The position numbers were made by a program, and so were the translations under genes. Below are positions 41,347 through 51,370 of a DNA stretch of 56,916 nt, in pieces. The first letter of the stretch is position 1, and each line of letters begins with the position of its first letter. Below the pieces are notes generated by a model that worked only from the letters and a program-made list of their open reading frames with translations, had not been told where the DNA came from and made no database searches. The stretch comes from a virus (Duplodnaviria > Caudoviricetes). The stretch lies in IMG/VR virus record IMGVR_UViG_3300047553_000257, positions 1 through 56,916 of that record. One strand, given 5' to 3'.

Positions 41347-43835
41347 GCTGTGTAAGTCCCAGACGAATTAAATTGCAAAATGGTATTGCTGCCGCTTGTC
41401 GTAACAACTGGAGATCCTGTGGTTGTTCCGCTGTAGTCGGCTGTTGGGATAGAAAGGATGACAACACCAGAGCCACCCGCACCGCCTGTGCGAATTACAC
41501 CGCCACCACCAGTGCCAGCACCGCCACCGCCACCGCCACGGTTTGCAGTCCCTGCGCTACCGTTGGCATCTGCACCACCATTACCGCCGCCGCCAGCGCC
41601 GCCAGTTCCAGCCGTTCCAGCGGTTCGCTTGCCACCGCCCCCGCCACCAGCATAAGTTACCGATGAACCAGTGATTGAACTTGCTGTACCGGTACCACCG
41701 TTACCACCAGCAAGCCCAGCGTTGACACCGCTTGTGCTTGCGCCACCACCGCCACCACCGCACTGCGCGTTCGCGTCAGATGTGCTGTTTTGTCCAGTGC
41801 CGCCAGCATTGCCTTGCCCCGATGTGCCAGATCCTCCAGCAGTTGTTCCAGAAGCAAATGAGCCAGAGCCGCCGCCACCAGATGCGCCGGATACACCTGC
41901 GCCGGTGCTTACACCGCTACCGCCACCACCACCGTTTGCGGTAACGCTTAGTGCCGAAGAGGCGACACCAGAATTCCCGTTGCCGTTACCTGATTGAGCA
42001 GCGCCACCAGCGCCAACTGTAATTGTGTAGGTTGTGCCAATGGCTAAAGTCGAAGTGCCTGACAGCAATCCGCCAGCGCCACCACCGCCGGTTCCCATGT
42101 TGGTGTCGTTTGAACCACCAGAGCCACCACCGCCAACAATCAGATAAGATGCTGTCGTTGAAGTTACCGTCGTTCCAATAAGTATGTTCCACGAATTTGT
42201 AGCAGTTTTTATTAGCTGCATAGATGTGCCTGAACCGACCCGTGCGCTAGATAAAGCAGTCAGGCTTCCGGTTGGGAAAATCGAAACACCCGCTGCACTC
42301 AATGTAATGGCGTTTGTTCCCATGTTCACAATGGTAATTACCGCACCGACGGGGAATGCAACAGACGCATTTGTCGGGATCGTTATTGTTTGCGAGGCCG
42401 TGTTGCTGGAATAGATATGCTTGCCAGCATCGCTTAATTGCAGCGTGTAGTTTCCGCTTTGAATGTTTTGCGGATAAACGGCTATCCCATCAGTCCCGTT
42501 TGTCCCATTAGAGCCAGAAGGCCCCATAGCAAACGTAACCCACTGCGAGGTATCGCCGTCGTCATAATAAATATATGGGATGCCAGTGGTGCTATTCCAC
42601 CAAACCGAACCCTCTGTTGGAGATGATGGTGGCGCTTCACCAATAGTAACGCTTGCACCGCCGCCAGCCGCAGGGCTTGATACCCAGCCCGTGCCGTCAC
42701 TGGTAAGGACGTTACCCGCAGTGCCAGCCGACGTTAAGCCTGTGCCACCCTTAGTAGCAGGAAGCGTCCCGTTTACACCATCGGTCAGCGATACTGTGTT
42801 CTTTTCCCAAAGGCCCGTCGTGCTGTTAAATACGATTGTTTGCCCGTTGCTTGGCGAAACAGCAGCAACGTCGTGTAGTTCATCGAGCTCGTATCCGTTC
42901 TGCACGGTGACGAACAAGCGGCCAGACGAAGCGTTACTCTTAATACAACGCGCAACATAGACCATGTGAAGCGGGGCCACGGGCTTGGTCGCCGTCAACC
43001 CGCCAGCCGTTGTGCCAGAAAGGTAAAGTTGTGCGCCAGCAGCGAATGCGGATGTATCGATGTTTTCAACAATCCCAAGCGTCGATACCCAACCCTCCGC
43101 TCCGTTGGCGATAGGTTCTGCAACAATGCCAAGCGTCCGTGCAGATGTTGCATCGCCCGTAGCAAGCGCCAAAGCAACCGTAGGACGCTGCCCCTGCGCT
43201 CCATTGCTGTAAACGACCTGCCCTTTGGACAAGGCTGAACCTGTGCCGTTATAGACCAGCACTTGCTGCGATTGCCCTACCTCTTGAACGACATTGCCGC
43301 CCTTAAGTGTGTAGGACAAGCCGCCTTCAGCATCGTTGAAATAAAGGCGTCCAGTAGCGGGTGTTACAGTAGCAGTGATGTCGAACTGTACAAAATCAGG
43401 CGATGATATGCCGCCCGTGATGCCCGTCATGGATGTGATGTCAGAGTTAGGACCAGATGCTGCTGGCGTGTAGCCTAGAGCCGTTGTAATCTGACCCGAC
43501 GTGATGCCGGTGAGGTATCCCGCAGATGCGTGGTTACCCCAGCCAAACGCCGTGTTCCAGTTACTGATGTTTGTCGTCGTGATTGCCTTGACGTGCGACG
43601 GTACAGTCGGATCGGCTTCGGTGAAACTGGTTAGATAGCCGCTGTCATTAGTAAACGATGAGACGTTTGTCGGCCTACCAGAAAGATCGGCATACGCACC
43701 AGAGGTTGCGACAGCCGCTAGAGACGAGGCATTAACCTTCGTCCCCAGCTCAGTATTCAAATTTATGAAGTTGGCGTCAACTTCATTGTTGGTAAGGGGC
43801 GAGCCTTTTCCGGACCGCGTAACAATAGTTGCCAT
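41343..43835 (-). CDS. Glycine-rich tail fibre (long)
   Basis: TRSGKGSPLTNNEVDANF N-terminus; LDELHDV; Gly-rich C-terminal domain paralogous to 40033-41346. Confidence 0.8.
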   Translation of the reverse strand: MATIVTRSGKGSPLTNNEVDANFINLNTELGTKVNASSLAAVATSGAYADLSGRPTNVSSFTNDSGYLTSFTEADPTVPSHVKAITTTNISNWNTAFGWGNHASAGYLTGITSGQITTALGYTPAASGPNSDITSMTGITGGISSPDFVQFDITATVTPATGRLYFNDAEGGLSYTLKGGNVVQEVGQSQQVLVYNGTGSALSKGQVVYSNGAQGQRPTVALALATGDATSARTLGIVAEPIANGAEGWVSTLGIVENIDTSAFAAGAQLYLSGTTAGGLTATKPVAPLHMVYVARCIKSNASSGRLFVTVQNGYELDELHDVAAVSPSNGQTIVFNSTTGLWEKNTVSLTDGVNGTLPATKGGTGLTSAGTAGNVLTSDGTGWVSSPAAGGGASVTIGEAPPSSPTEGSVWWNSTTGIPYIYYDDGDTSQWVTFAMGPSGSNGTNGTDGIAVYPQNIQSGNYTLQLSDAGKHIYSSNTASQTITIPTNASVAFPVGAVITIVNMGTNAITLSAAGVSIFPTGSLTALSSARVGSGTSMQLIKTATNSWNILIGTTVTSTTASYLIVGGGGSGGSNDTNMGTGGGGAGGLLSGTSTLAIGTTYTITVGAGGAAQSGNGNGNSGVASSALSVTANGGGGGSGVSTGAGVSGASGGGGSGSFASGTTAGGSGTSGQGNAGGTGQNSTSDANAQCGGGGGGASTSGVNAGLAGGNGGTGTASSITGSSVTYAGGGGGGKRTAGTAGTGGAGGGGNGGADANGSAGTANRGGGGGGAGTGGGGVIRTGGAGGSGVVILSIPTADYSGTTTGSPVVTTSGSNTILQFNSSGTYTA

Positions 43836-43856
43836 CTTAGACTCGCCTCAGAGGAA

Positions 43857-44306
43857 TTACGCAGCGCCGATAGTGACGGTCCAAGTGATCGACATCGTAT
43901 CAGTTGCCTCCTTATTAACGACACCAAAGACGGTGCGGCAAAGCATCGTTCCGTTAGAGGCAGCGTTAAACAAGCCTGCTTCAGTTACCGCACCAGTGCC
44001 TACACCAGCACCAAACGTAGCGACATACGCAACAGAGTTGTTGGTTACAGTTGTCGACACCAGAGCGACACGACCAAGCTCAGTGCCAAGTGCTGTGTTC
44101 CCACTTGCTGCAGCAGCAGTGCCTGAACCAACGGCCATGTGTGACATAGCGGCAGCGGTTGCATCTTTAATGCGGCTTGCGATGAAGTCCAGACCAACGC
44201 TGACAACGAGGTTGTCTACAGTCTGTTCTTCCTTGATCACGCCATCAGTGCCGATAACTTGGATATTCAGTCGGCCAGTGGCCTTGATCATTTCGTTCGT
44301 ATTCAT
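43857..44306 (-). CDS. Virion structural protein (tail/fibre subunit)
   Basis: NLVVSVG...HMAVGSG...TALGTELGR...TEAGLFNA..GTMLCRTVF. Confidence 0.68.
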   Translation of the reverse strand: MNTNEMIKATGRLNIQVIGTDGVIKEEQTVDNLVVSVGLDFIASRIKDATAAAMSHMAVGSGTAAAASGNTALGTELGRVALVSTTVTNNSVAYVATFGAGVGTGAVTEAGLFNAASNGTMLCRTVFGVVNKEATDTMSITWTVTIGAA

Positions 44307-44314
44307 GTTAACCC

Positions 44315-45337
44315 TCAGAATGTTCGTATAGCGCCCACGTAATCCTCCATGAAGTAACTTATATCGCAGTACCCTTGGCTCTTAACAAAGCCTGAGTCCG
44401 ATGTCACCGCCTGATCTTCACGCGATTTGTCGAAAGCCTTTGCCGACACCTCTGAGGTATACGCCGTATCGCTATACACTCTTGAGAAGGTAGAAACAAT
44501 CGCGATGATGTCTTGAGATAATACTGCGTCAGATCTCGACTTGAAGAACTGAATTGTCTGGTCGTCACCCGCAGAAGCGCCGTTAACGTCATCAGTTGCG
44601 TAAGCAATGTCCGATAGAACTTTATTCACGCTCAGCAGGCGAGTATCCAATGACTGCACACTATCTACTGCATTTTTGCCAAACGATTTCGATGAAGCAT
44701 CAACGACAACTGATGCATCAGATAGCGCCCGTATAAAGCTCGTTGTCTTTGAAAGAACGTCTGTTGCAGCCACTGATTCAGTGGACACTTTCCCAATCGA
44801 TTTGATTGAGATGTCCGACGCCGACAGCATGTCGTTGGGATTCTTGCCAGATGATTTACTTAAAAAGTCCGCACCAGTCACAAGCTCAGTTAAGGCCTTG
44901 CCTGTTCCTCGAGATACAACTTCGCTTACTACAGCGGCATCGCTTCTCGAGCGGCTAAGTGACTTGGATTGAGTATCAGTTGTGGCGGCGTTGTCCGACA
45001 ATCCCTTGCCAAAGACGCGACGAATCTGATCTGTAATCCCTACTGCATCCGCAAGCCCACGGAAGATTAAAAATATACCAAGCGCGGTTGTGATTACTGG
45101 ACGGATCGAGGCCGTGCTAGCGAATAGGCGCACATAAGCCCTCTGCGCGGCAAGCGCGACGTACTTACTCGCGGATGATAAGAACCTGTATTGCGTCTGC
45201 GCATCAAGCTCTACGTAACCCGTAGATGCTGACAGCTCTGTGTACTCGAGCGGCGCAACCTCTAACTTTCTGACGTCCGTCGAGGCATCCATAGGGCCTT
45301 CACCAGTACCACCAGTTTCGATACCGGCTATTGCCAT
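44315..45337 (-). CDS. Structural protein with ~18-aa periodic repeats
   Basis: Recurrent (G/N)K.(L/S)(S/T)(D/E).....D units. Confidence 0.6.
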   Translation of the reverse strand: MAIAGIETGGTGEGPMDASTDVRKLEVAPLEYTELSASTGYVELDAQTQYRFLSSASKYVALAAQRAYVRLFASTASIRPVITTALGIFLIFRGLADAVGITDQIRRVFGKGLSDNAATTDTQSKSLSRSRSDAAVVSEVVSRGTGKALTELVTGADFLSKSSGKNPNDMLSASDISIKSIGKVSTESVAATDVLSKTTSFIRALSDASVVVDASSKSFGKNAVDSVQSLDTRLLSVNKVLSDIAYATDDVNGASAGDDQTIQFFKSRSDAVLSQDIIAIVSTFSRVYSDTAYTSEVSAKAFDKSREDQAVTSDSGFVKSQGYCDISYFMEDYVGAIRTF

Positions 45338-45347
45338 TGGCGGCTCC

Positions 45348-45722
45348 TTAAGCGAACTGCTCGCGAATCTGGAGCTTGATCAAGTCGTATACTGTCTGCT
45401 TTCCACCGCCAGCTTCTGTGTATTCAATCTCGCCCTCGAAAACACCAGAAGTGTCTAGCGTGGTCGCGTCGAACACAAATACAACTTCACCGCCAACAGC
45501 GTTGGTATTGGTGCCTACAAGCGTTGACTTGACAGTAGATCCACCAATCTCGCGAACGCGCAAGCGAACAGTCCCGCCGGTAAGGTTCACCAGAGCCCAT
45601 GTAGTCGGATCTTCTGGGTCGAGCACCTTGCCAGCCGCAGCTAGATTGCGGTCACGCACAGTGACTTTAAGCTGAGGCAACGTGTCGCCTTGAACAAGGT
45701 ATAGAGTTTCTGAGTAAGCCAT
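45348..45722 (-). CDS. BppU-N-like structural protein
   Basis: LVQGDTLPQL..T...NLTG.TV...G.FEGEIE...G.KQTV. Confidence 0.65.
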   Translation of the reverse strand: MAYSETLYLVQGDTLPQLKVTVRDRNLAAAGKVLDPEDPTTWALVNLTGGTVRLRVREIGGSTVKSTLVGTNTNAVGGEVVFVFDATTLDTSGVFEGEIEYTEAGGGKQTVYDLIKLQIREQFA

Positions 45723-46342
45723 TAGATGAACTCTCTTGATTTGACGGTAAGGGCTGCTCCTCCGTGACCGTACTTGGCCTGCCGCATGGCTGCAGCAACG
45801 CCGCGCTCATAAAGCTGCCTATTTGCACCGGCAGCAGCGCCATCCATCCAAGGCTGACCAGACATCATCTGCAGGCGGAATAGAGCTCCAGCCACCAGCG
45901 TCTCGCGATGCTCTAGGCCAATCGTATCCGGAATCGTTGTAGATGTCTGCGTAGGCTTCAGCGTGTACAGAACCTTCAGACTTGCCTTGCCCTCTGGTTT
46001 CGGCCCCACCAAGACAGTGCGATTATCGTATTGCGAGAAGTATGTAGGCGCTCCAAAGTCCGACAGCTCGATCTTCATGAAGGCATCTTCATAAGGAACC
46101 GACTCAAGAGCACGACCATCAAGCATGATCGCCTTCACATGGTTCGGTTCAGTGCCGCTAGGAGCATCAATCTCGTAGTCCGTTACACCGCGTGAAACAA
46201 CGAGCGTTTGTGGCTCTGCGCGATACAAGTCTGTGCGTGCGCAGAAGTCGATGCAAGCGTCTCTGATAGCCCTCTCAGCGGTGAACTCAGGGCAGGACGG
46301 AGCCTCACTCAGGACGTAGACGAAGAGATCGCTGTACTTCAC
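45722..46342 (-). CDS. Head-tail adaptor/tail tubular protein
   Basis: AIRDACIDFC...LKPT...GALFRL..M.GQPW; position. Confidence 0.68.
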   Translation of the reverse strand: MKYSDLFVYVLSEAPSCPEFTAERAIRDACIDFCARTDLYRAEPQTLVVSRGVTDYEIDAPSGTEPNHVKAIMLDGRALESVPYEDAFMKIELSDFGAPTYFSQYDNRTVLVGPKPEGKASLKVLYTLKPTQTSTTIPDTIGLEHRETLVAGALFRLQMMSGQPWMDGAAAGANRQLYERGVAAAMRQAKYGHGGAALTVKSREFI

Positions 46343-47010
46343 TGGGCAGTACGCCGTGGCTGTTGAGCGACCATGCTTTCAAGCAAGCCACCATCAGCCT
46401 GCGACTTGATGCCAAGAGACGTAGTGAACGCCTGATAGTACACAGCGGCGCGGTTGAGGTTAGCGAACTCGCTGTCCTTCTGGTAAGCGCGGTACATCAT
46501 GTAGTCCATCAACGCATTAGCGTAGATGTCGTCGATGCCGATTACCTGCACGTCGGTGGTGTAGTTCGAGATTACGATATTGACCGGTGCCGTCGCATAC
46601 ACGATATCAATCTCGTGATCTGCAGCAGGCTTTGGAAATACGTAGAAGTTCTTCGGATCGAGAGCGTCGTATACATAGTGCTTCACGCCGTCCGCTGCCG
46701 CAGCCGTCTCGTACCATGTAGGTAGTTGCACATCGAGGATGCTGCGGTCGACCTTGGTAACAGCTCGACCTTCAGTGTTCCTTAAGACGTTGATGAGGCG
46801 AAGGCCATCCGCAGGGAGCGTCTGCTTTGCGGTGTTAGTGCAAGCAAACGCAGCGTTAATAGCCTTCGCGTCTGGACGAAACAAGACGACCTGCCGCTGG
46901 GCATCGTTGAGGTAGTTCAGCAGCTCACTCTGAGTCCAACGCACAAACGTGGGGTCTTGGAGTGTGATGCTAACCCGATTGATTAGATCAACAGCTTTGG
47001 TCGTCGCCAT
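46339..47010 (-). CDS. Head-tail adaptor (DUF6682-like)
   Basis: LQD...RWTQSELLNYLNDAQR...RPDA; YRAYQKDSE. Confidence 0.7.
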   Translation of the reverse strand: MATTKAVDLINRVSITLQDPTFVRWTQSELLNYLNDAQRQVVLFRPDAKAINAAFACTNTAKQTLPADGLRLINVLRNTEGRAVTKVDRSILDVQLPTWYETAAAADGVKHYVYDALDPKNFYVFPKPAADHEIDIVYATAPVNIVISNYTTDVQVIGIDDIYANALMDYMMYRAYQKDSEFANLNRAAVYYQAFTTSLGIKSQADGGLLESMVAQQPRRTAQ

Positions 47011-47015
47011 TTAGT

Positions 47016-47285
47016 TTATTCCCACTCAATAACTTCAAGGTCTGGATTGCCCTTATATAGAGGACTCCAGAACCATTCTACACCAGTTTTCAAATGGCGC
47101 ACGATTTTTGGTTTGCGCTCAGCCTTGACTGCAGCTTCAACAACTTTGCCCTTGTTGTTTACGAGCGTTTTTACGTGCTCAACAAGATCCTCAATGCGCC
47201 GACGCTTGTCGAGCTCTACGGCGAACTTGTCTCGTGCATAGATGTCGAGCTCATCTTTGCTCATATCTTCGATAGCTTTTTCCAC
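47016..47285 (-). CDS. Hypothetical protein
   Basis: GAGGA SD before GTG at 47285; MSKDEL..YA...F.VELDKR. Confidence 0.65.
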   Translation of the reverse strand: MEKAIEDMSKDELDIYARDKFAVELDKRRRIEDLVEHVKTLVNNKGKVVEAAVKAERKPKIVRHLKTGVEWFWSPLYKGNPDLEVIEWE

Positions 47286-47346
47286 GGTGTTCCTCGTTCT
47301 CTGCATAGTAGAAGGCACAGTTGCATGCCTTCACCTATAAAGAGTT

Positions 47347-47370
47347 GGGGGCGAAGTTTCCCTCGCCCCC
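47347..47370 (-). terminator. Stem-loop after the major capsid gene
   Basis: GGGGGCGA/TCGCCCCC. Confidence 0.5.
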
Positions 47371-47377
47371 GCTTCTA

Positions 47378-48238
47378 TTAGGCTGTCGTCTTCAGCTTCA
47401 AGGTGACGAGGGCGTTAGGAACAACGACCTTGTAACCGTAAACCTTCAGACCGCGAATGCCGTCGCCGAACGTGTCGGTCAAGCGAACTGTTTCGGTCTT
47501 CACGAACTGCGAAGCGAAGCAGGTAGCTTTAGGGTGACCAGCAAGGCAGAACGTCTTGCCAGCATCGCCGCCGGAACCAATCGAAAGCAAGTTCGACTGA
47601 TAGATGGTGAAGCGGTCAACCTGACCAACCTTACCGTTGCGGAGTGGCGAAGCAGCGTCACCGGTCAAGTAAGCTTGACGCAGTTCCGACTTCTTCAACA
47701 TCTCGATGTAGAGCGGCGAGAGAACGAGGAAACGATCCGAATCAGGGATGTTCAATTCGTCCAGCTTGCGGCCAGCTTCGAGGATGTGGTTCAGAAGGGT
47801 TGTTTCTGAAACCGACGCCTTGTCCAAAATGGTCGTTGCAGCGGTAGGGATGTTGCCGAGAACGTCGGTCTCAACAGCAATACGCATCTGTTCAGCAGCA
47901 TCCTTCGATGCTTCATTCTGGAACGCGATGTCGGCCTGAACCTTGAGGATGTCGTCTACCTTGAAGGCATACGACTTCGCCTTGTCGATGTTCAGTTCGA
48001 CAACTTGGGTGGTGACATCAGCATACGAAACTGAGCCAGTGTAGTCGCCTACAGTGACGTTAGGAACGGTGCGGATGTTTACCTTGTTACCCTGACCCGA
48101 GATTTCACCTTCATAGTCGGTGTTCGAGATCGAGGGGAGTACTGACGAGGCATAAAACTTCGCTTGAAGCTTCTTTGAGAAAATCTCAGGAATGAAGTTC
48201 GCAGCGGAGTTAGTACCAGCGGTAGGAAAAGCAGGCAT
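47378..48238 (-). CDS. Major capsid protein
   Basis: NFIPEIFSKKL...NTDYEGEI...G.KVNI; R.LV.SP; F.D.IRGL.VYG.KVV.P; follows the scaffold gene. Confidence 0.9.
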   Translation of the reverse strand: MPAFPTAGTNSAANFIPEIFSKKLQAKFYASSVLPSISNTDYEGEISGQGNKVNIRTVPNVTVGDYTGSVSYADVTTQVVELNIDKAKSYAFKVDDILKVQADIAFQNEASKDAAEQMRIAVETDVLGNIPTAATTILDKASVSETTLLNHILEAGRKLDELNIPDSDRFLVLSPLYIEMLKKSELRQAYLTGDAASPLRNGKVGQVDRFTIYQSNLLSIGSGGDAGKTFCLAGHPKATCFASQFVKTETVRLTDTFGDGIRGLKVYGYKVVVPNALVTLKLKTTA

Positions 48239-48269
48239 GTTAAATAAACCTTATTACAACAGGATTGGA

Positions 48270-49184
48270 CTAACGGACTCGTCCATCCAGATACGCCTGA
48301 TCGATCTCTGCCGAACGTCGCTCGAATTCATCGAGTGGCATACGGGTGATCTCTTGGCGGCTCCAGATTCGCTTGCCCGAGCTTGGGTCCGGTCGTCGAG
48401 CTTTGGGGAGCGTAGGTTCTGCAACCCGTCGCGCCTTATCAACCTTTGAGACCGGCTGTTGCGGCTGTGTATCGAAGACCTCCTTATAACGATTGATGAG
48501 CTCAACTACCTCATGGGCGCTGCCGTCATTGGCTACACGCTGCCATACAGGCGTCTGACGCTCGAGCCATCCAACAAAGTCATCTGACGTGACGATATCG
48601 TCCATGTCAGGGTGCGACTGACGGATGGTGTCAAAGTGCTCAGTAAGAGTGCTCTGACTTTCATTCGTTCTCACTTGGTCCCTATACTGGGTGACTGTCT
48701 GTTCTAACTTTGCCAGCTTCTTCAGAAGCGGCGCAGCGATGTCTGGGTATTCCTCAGCAAAGGTTTTCAGATCATCATCTTCACCGTCTCGTTCGTTCTG
48801 GGCATTAGCCAGTTCAGAACTCAGCTCCGCATTATGCTGACGTAGCGCTATTACTTCTTTGCGCAGATCCGCCGCTTCTTGCGTCGCCTTTGTCATTCGA
48901 GCCTGAGCATTCTTGATACGCTCGTTCGCGAGTTTGATCTGCTGTTGCAGGTCGCCTTCGCTTTCATCAGGATCTTGATCGCCGCGATCTTCTTCCTGTG
49001 GAATCTCTTCGCCGTCTTCCCCAGTGTCCGCCGATTCTGCGGGTGGGTTTTCATCTTCCTCTGGCTGCGGCGGGGTGTCGGTCTCTTCAGCCTTGGGCTG
49101 GGATTCCGGTCCGTCCTGCTCTGCCATCATCTGTTTCAAAAGTTCGTCGGCTTCTTGCTCAAGCTTCTCAGGGTCTACCTTCAT
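48270..49184 (-). CDS. Capsid scaffolding protein
   Basis: Acidic disordered N-terminus, coiled coil, HPD motif and C-terminal IDQAYLDGRVR; lies between portal and MCP. Confidence 0.8.
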   Translation of the reverse strand: MKVDPEKLEQEADELLKQMMAEQDGPESQPKAEETDTPPQPEEDENPPAESADTGEDGEEIPQEEDRGDQDPDESEGDLQQQIKLANERIKNAQARMTKATQEAADLRKEVIALRQHNAELSSELANAQNERDGEDDDLKTFAEEYPDIAAPLLKKLAKLEQTVTQYRDQVRTNESQSTLTEHFDTIRQSHPDMDDIVTSDDFVGWLERQTPVWQRVANDGSAHEVVELINRYKEVFDTQPQQPVSKVDKARRVAEPTLPKARRPDPSSGKRIWSRQEITRMPLDEFERRSAEIDQAYLDGRVR

Positions 49185-49230
49185 ATCTCACCAATGTTTG
49201 CGGGTCCGCTACGGAGTGTCCGCGTTTCGT

Positions 49231-49494
49231 TTAGAAGACGGGTGTCTCTTTCGAGGTCGTCTTCGCGCTTAAAACCGCTTGCGCGGTATCTTCTAGTTCA
49301 AGGATGAAGCGCAGTTCTGCTGCTCTACCTTGATCAAATTTGTGGTCCGGAACGGTCTCCAACTTGTCCCTGCAAGCCTCCAGCCGCTCCGTTAGAAAGA
49401 TCATCAAGTCCTTCCACTGGGGCTGAGCCATCAGTTGGAGCACCGCCTGCGCCGTTTGCGGCGAGCATCTGCTGCTGTTGTGCTTGCGCTTCAA
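49231..49494 (-). CDS. Small protein overlapping the portal 3' end
   Basis: AAGGAG SD 7 nt before TTG at 49494; W......ERL...DQGRAAELR. Confidence 0.6.
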   Translation of the reverse strand: MKRKHNSSRCSPQTAQAVLQLMAQPQWKDLMIFLTERLEACRDKLETVPDHKFDQGRAAELRFILELEDTAQAVLSAKTTSKETPVF

Positions 49495-51370
49495 GTTGAA
49501 GCTCCTTATCCGTCTTAATTACTTCGTCTGGATTAATGTCCATACTCTTTGCAATCTCAGTAAGCAACTCTTTACGTTTTGTTATAGCAACATCCATAGG
49601 ATTGCTTATCAAAGACATAAACTGTAGCAAACGCTGTGAACGAACTTCACGCTGAATAAGTGAAGTACTGCCACGAGCTGTCACGTTCAGATCGCCCTTC
49701 GCCTTCTCGTTGTCGCTCCACTCCATATTCCAATGGTAGAGAGACTTAATCAGCGGAATGATCAGATAGTCGTCGACGTTCTTAAGCGTCGACTTCAGTG
49801 CAACATTAGCGTTGCCCATCAGGATGGACATGCCGGTTGCGGTCTTGTTGAGCTGCTGGCCTGCATCGCCATGCGTGTATGACGGCAGAGAGGTGGTCTC
49901 GTCCGCGAACTTACGGAACATCTCGATGATGCTGGTCAGTCCATTAGCGTTTGCCACTGGCTGGTTAAAGCGGACGGCTGGTGCATTGGGATCGCCGCCG
50001 CTACGCAGGAAGACTTTCCAAGGATGCAGGTCGGTTGGATCTTCACCGGCCTCGAGGAAGTCCATATTGACTTCGACCATTGGGCCAGAGGAGATTGCCA
50101 TGTTGTCGATGAAAATGCGGGTCGCCGCGTTCATGGTCGACTGCGAGTCGCGCATCATGCGAGGCACGCCTGTACCCCAGAACTGGTGCGGGTTACGCTC
50201 GTATGGGAAGCAGTTGTAAGGAATGCGGCCATCCGGAATCGGGTTCAGCGTGGCGCGGATAACCTTGCCTGCGCAGATCCAGATGTTGGCGTCGTAGTCG
50301 TCGTCTTCTTCTGAATCCTCTGGGAGCTCAGCGCCTGCCTCGAGAAGGTCGGTTCCGTTGATCGATCCCCAGTACTCGAGTACTTCGAACCGGTTATTGG
50401 GACCGGACTGCAGCTTGATGTTGGCGACTTCACGACGGATACGCTCGTGGTCTTCTTCAACGTGGTTGCCGCGAGGACTATCAGAGAGGATCTCCTCAAT
50501 CGCATCGCTGTCAAAACCGTCAAGGTCACGCAGGTCGCGGAACTGGCGGCGGGTAAGAACGTGACGGCGGAACAAACCGTGAAGGTCTTCGTTCGACGTT
50601 GCGTAAGGGTCTGGATAGATGTCGAAAATCGATACCGACTCGATGTCTGGCTTGACCTGTTCAACGACCGTAAGCGAGTGAGCCTGCACACCATTCTGGT
50701 AGCTGCGCTTCCAGCGCTTGCTGCGTTCGATTCGAACTGTACCGCCCTTGATGCAGCCAGTACCGAAGATGCAGGACTCCATGATGGCTTCCTTGATCTT
50801 CTGTTCAGCGTTAGCTTCGCCTAGCTGATCGCGGACAAGGATGGTCATTTCAGACGCAGCCATCTTGGCGCGGCGTCTAACCTCGTCGCGCACCTGATCC
50901 ATCAGCTCATCACGGCGCTCATTGATGATGTCGAGCACCATCGTAGGTGAAGCTGCACCGGAAGCCTGCATGATCTCAGCAGTAGCTTCTTTGGTGATCG
51001 CAGCCATCTCGAGTGGGTCGAGCTCAGGTATTGCGGTTGGATCGATGCTGTAGAAGTCCTGTCCACTCTGGAACAAGAGGTCGACAAGACGCGAAAACGC
51101 CGACATCACCTTAGTGCGGGTGAGGCCGACGAATACTTTCGAGCGTGTTCCGGTTAATTTTGCGAGGACTTCAGGATCGTATTCCCCCAAAAATTGGCGG
51201 AAACTCGAAAGCCACTCATCCTCTATGTCGTTACGGGCATCCTTGTACTCAGTGAACAAAGACTGCAGACGTGGACCCAGACCCTGAAACTCTTCAAGAT
51301 CTTCCTCACGTTTTTCTACTGGTGCGAATTCTCCATTGTCTTCGTCTTCTATCTCGTCTTCGTACATCAA
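49334..51370 (-). CDS. Portal protein
   Basis: Follows terL; SKVFVGLTRTKV, FDIYPDP, EVLEYWG, FWGTGVP, TATGMS. Confidence 0.88.
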   Translation of the reverse strand: MMYEDEIEDEDNGEFAPVEKREEDLEEFQGLGPRLQSLFTEYKDARNDIEDEWLSSFRQFLGEYDPEVLAKLTGTRSKVFVGLTRTKVMSAFSRLVDLLFQSGQDFYSIDPTAIPELDPLEMAAITKEATAEIMQASGAASPTMVLDIINERRDELMDQVRDEVRRRAKMAASEMTILVRDQLGEANAEQKIKEAIMESCIFGTGCIKGGTVRIERSKRWKRSYQNGVQAHSLTVVEQVKPDIESVSIFDIYPDPYATSNEDLHGLFRRHVLTRRQFRDLRDLDGFDSDAIEEILSDSPRGNHVEEDHERIRREVANIKLQSGPNNRFEVLEYWGSINGTDLLEAGAELPEDSEEDDDYDANIWICAGKVIRATLNPIPDGRIPYNCFPYERNPHQFWGTGVPRMMRDSQSTMNAATRIFIDNMAISSGPMVEVNMDFLEAGEDPTDLHPWKVFLRSGGDPNAPAVRFNQPVANANGLTSIIEMFRKFADETTSLPSYTHGDAGQQLNKTATGMSILMGNANVALKSTLKNVDDYLIIPLIKSLYHWNMEWSDNEKAKGDLNVTARGSTSLIQREVRSQRLLQFMSLISNPMDVAITKRKELLTEIAKSMDINPDEVIKTDKELQLEAQAQQQQMLAANGAGGAPTDGSAPVEGLDDLSNGAAGGLQGQVGDRSGPQI

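Noticed and set aside
40033-43835. Diversity-generating retroelement or invertible fibre cassette
   Set aside because: No reverse transcriptase, no adenine-specific TR/VR pair, and no flanking inverted sites or nearby invertase.
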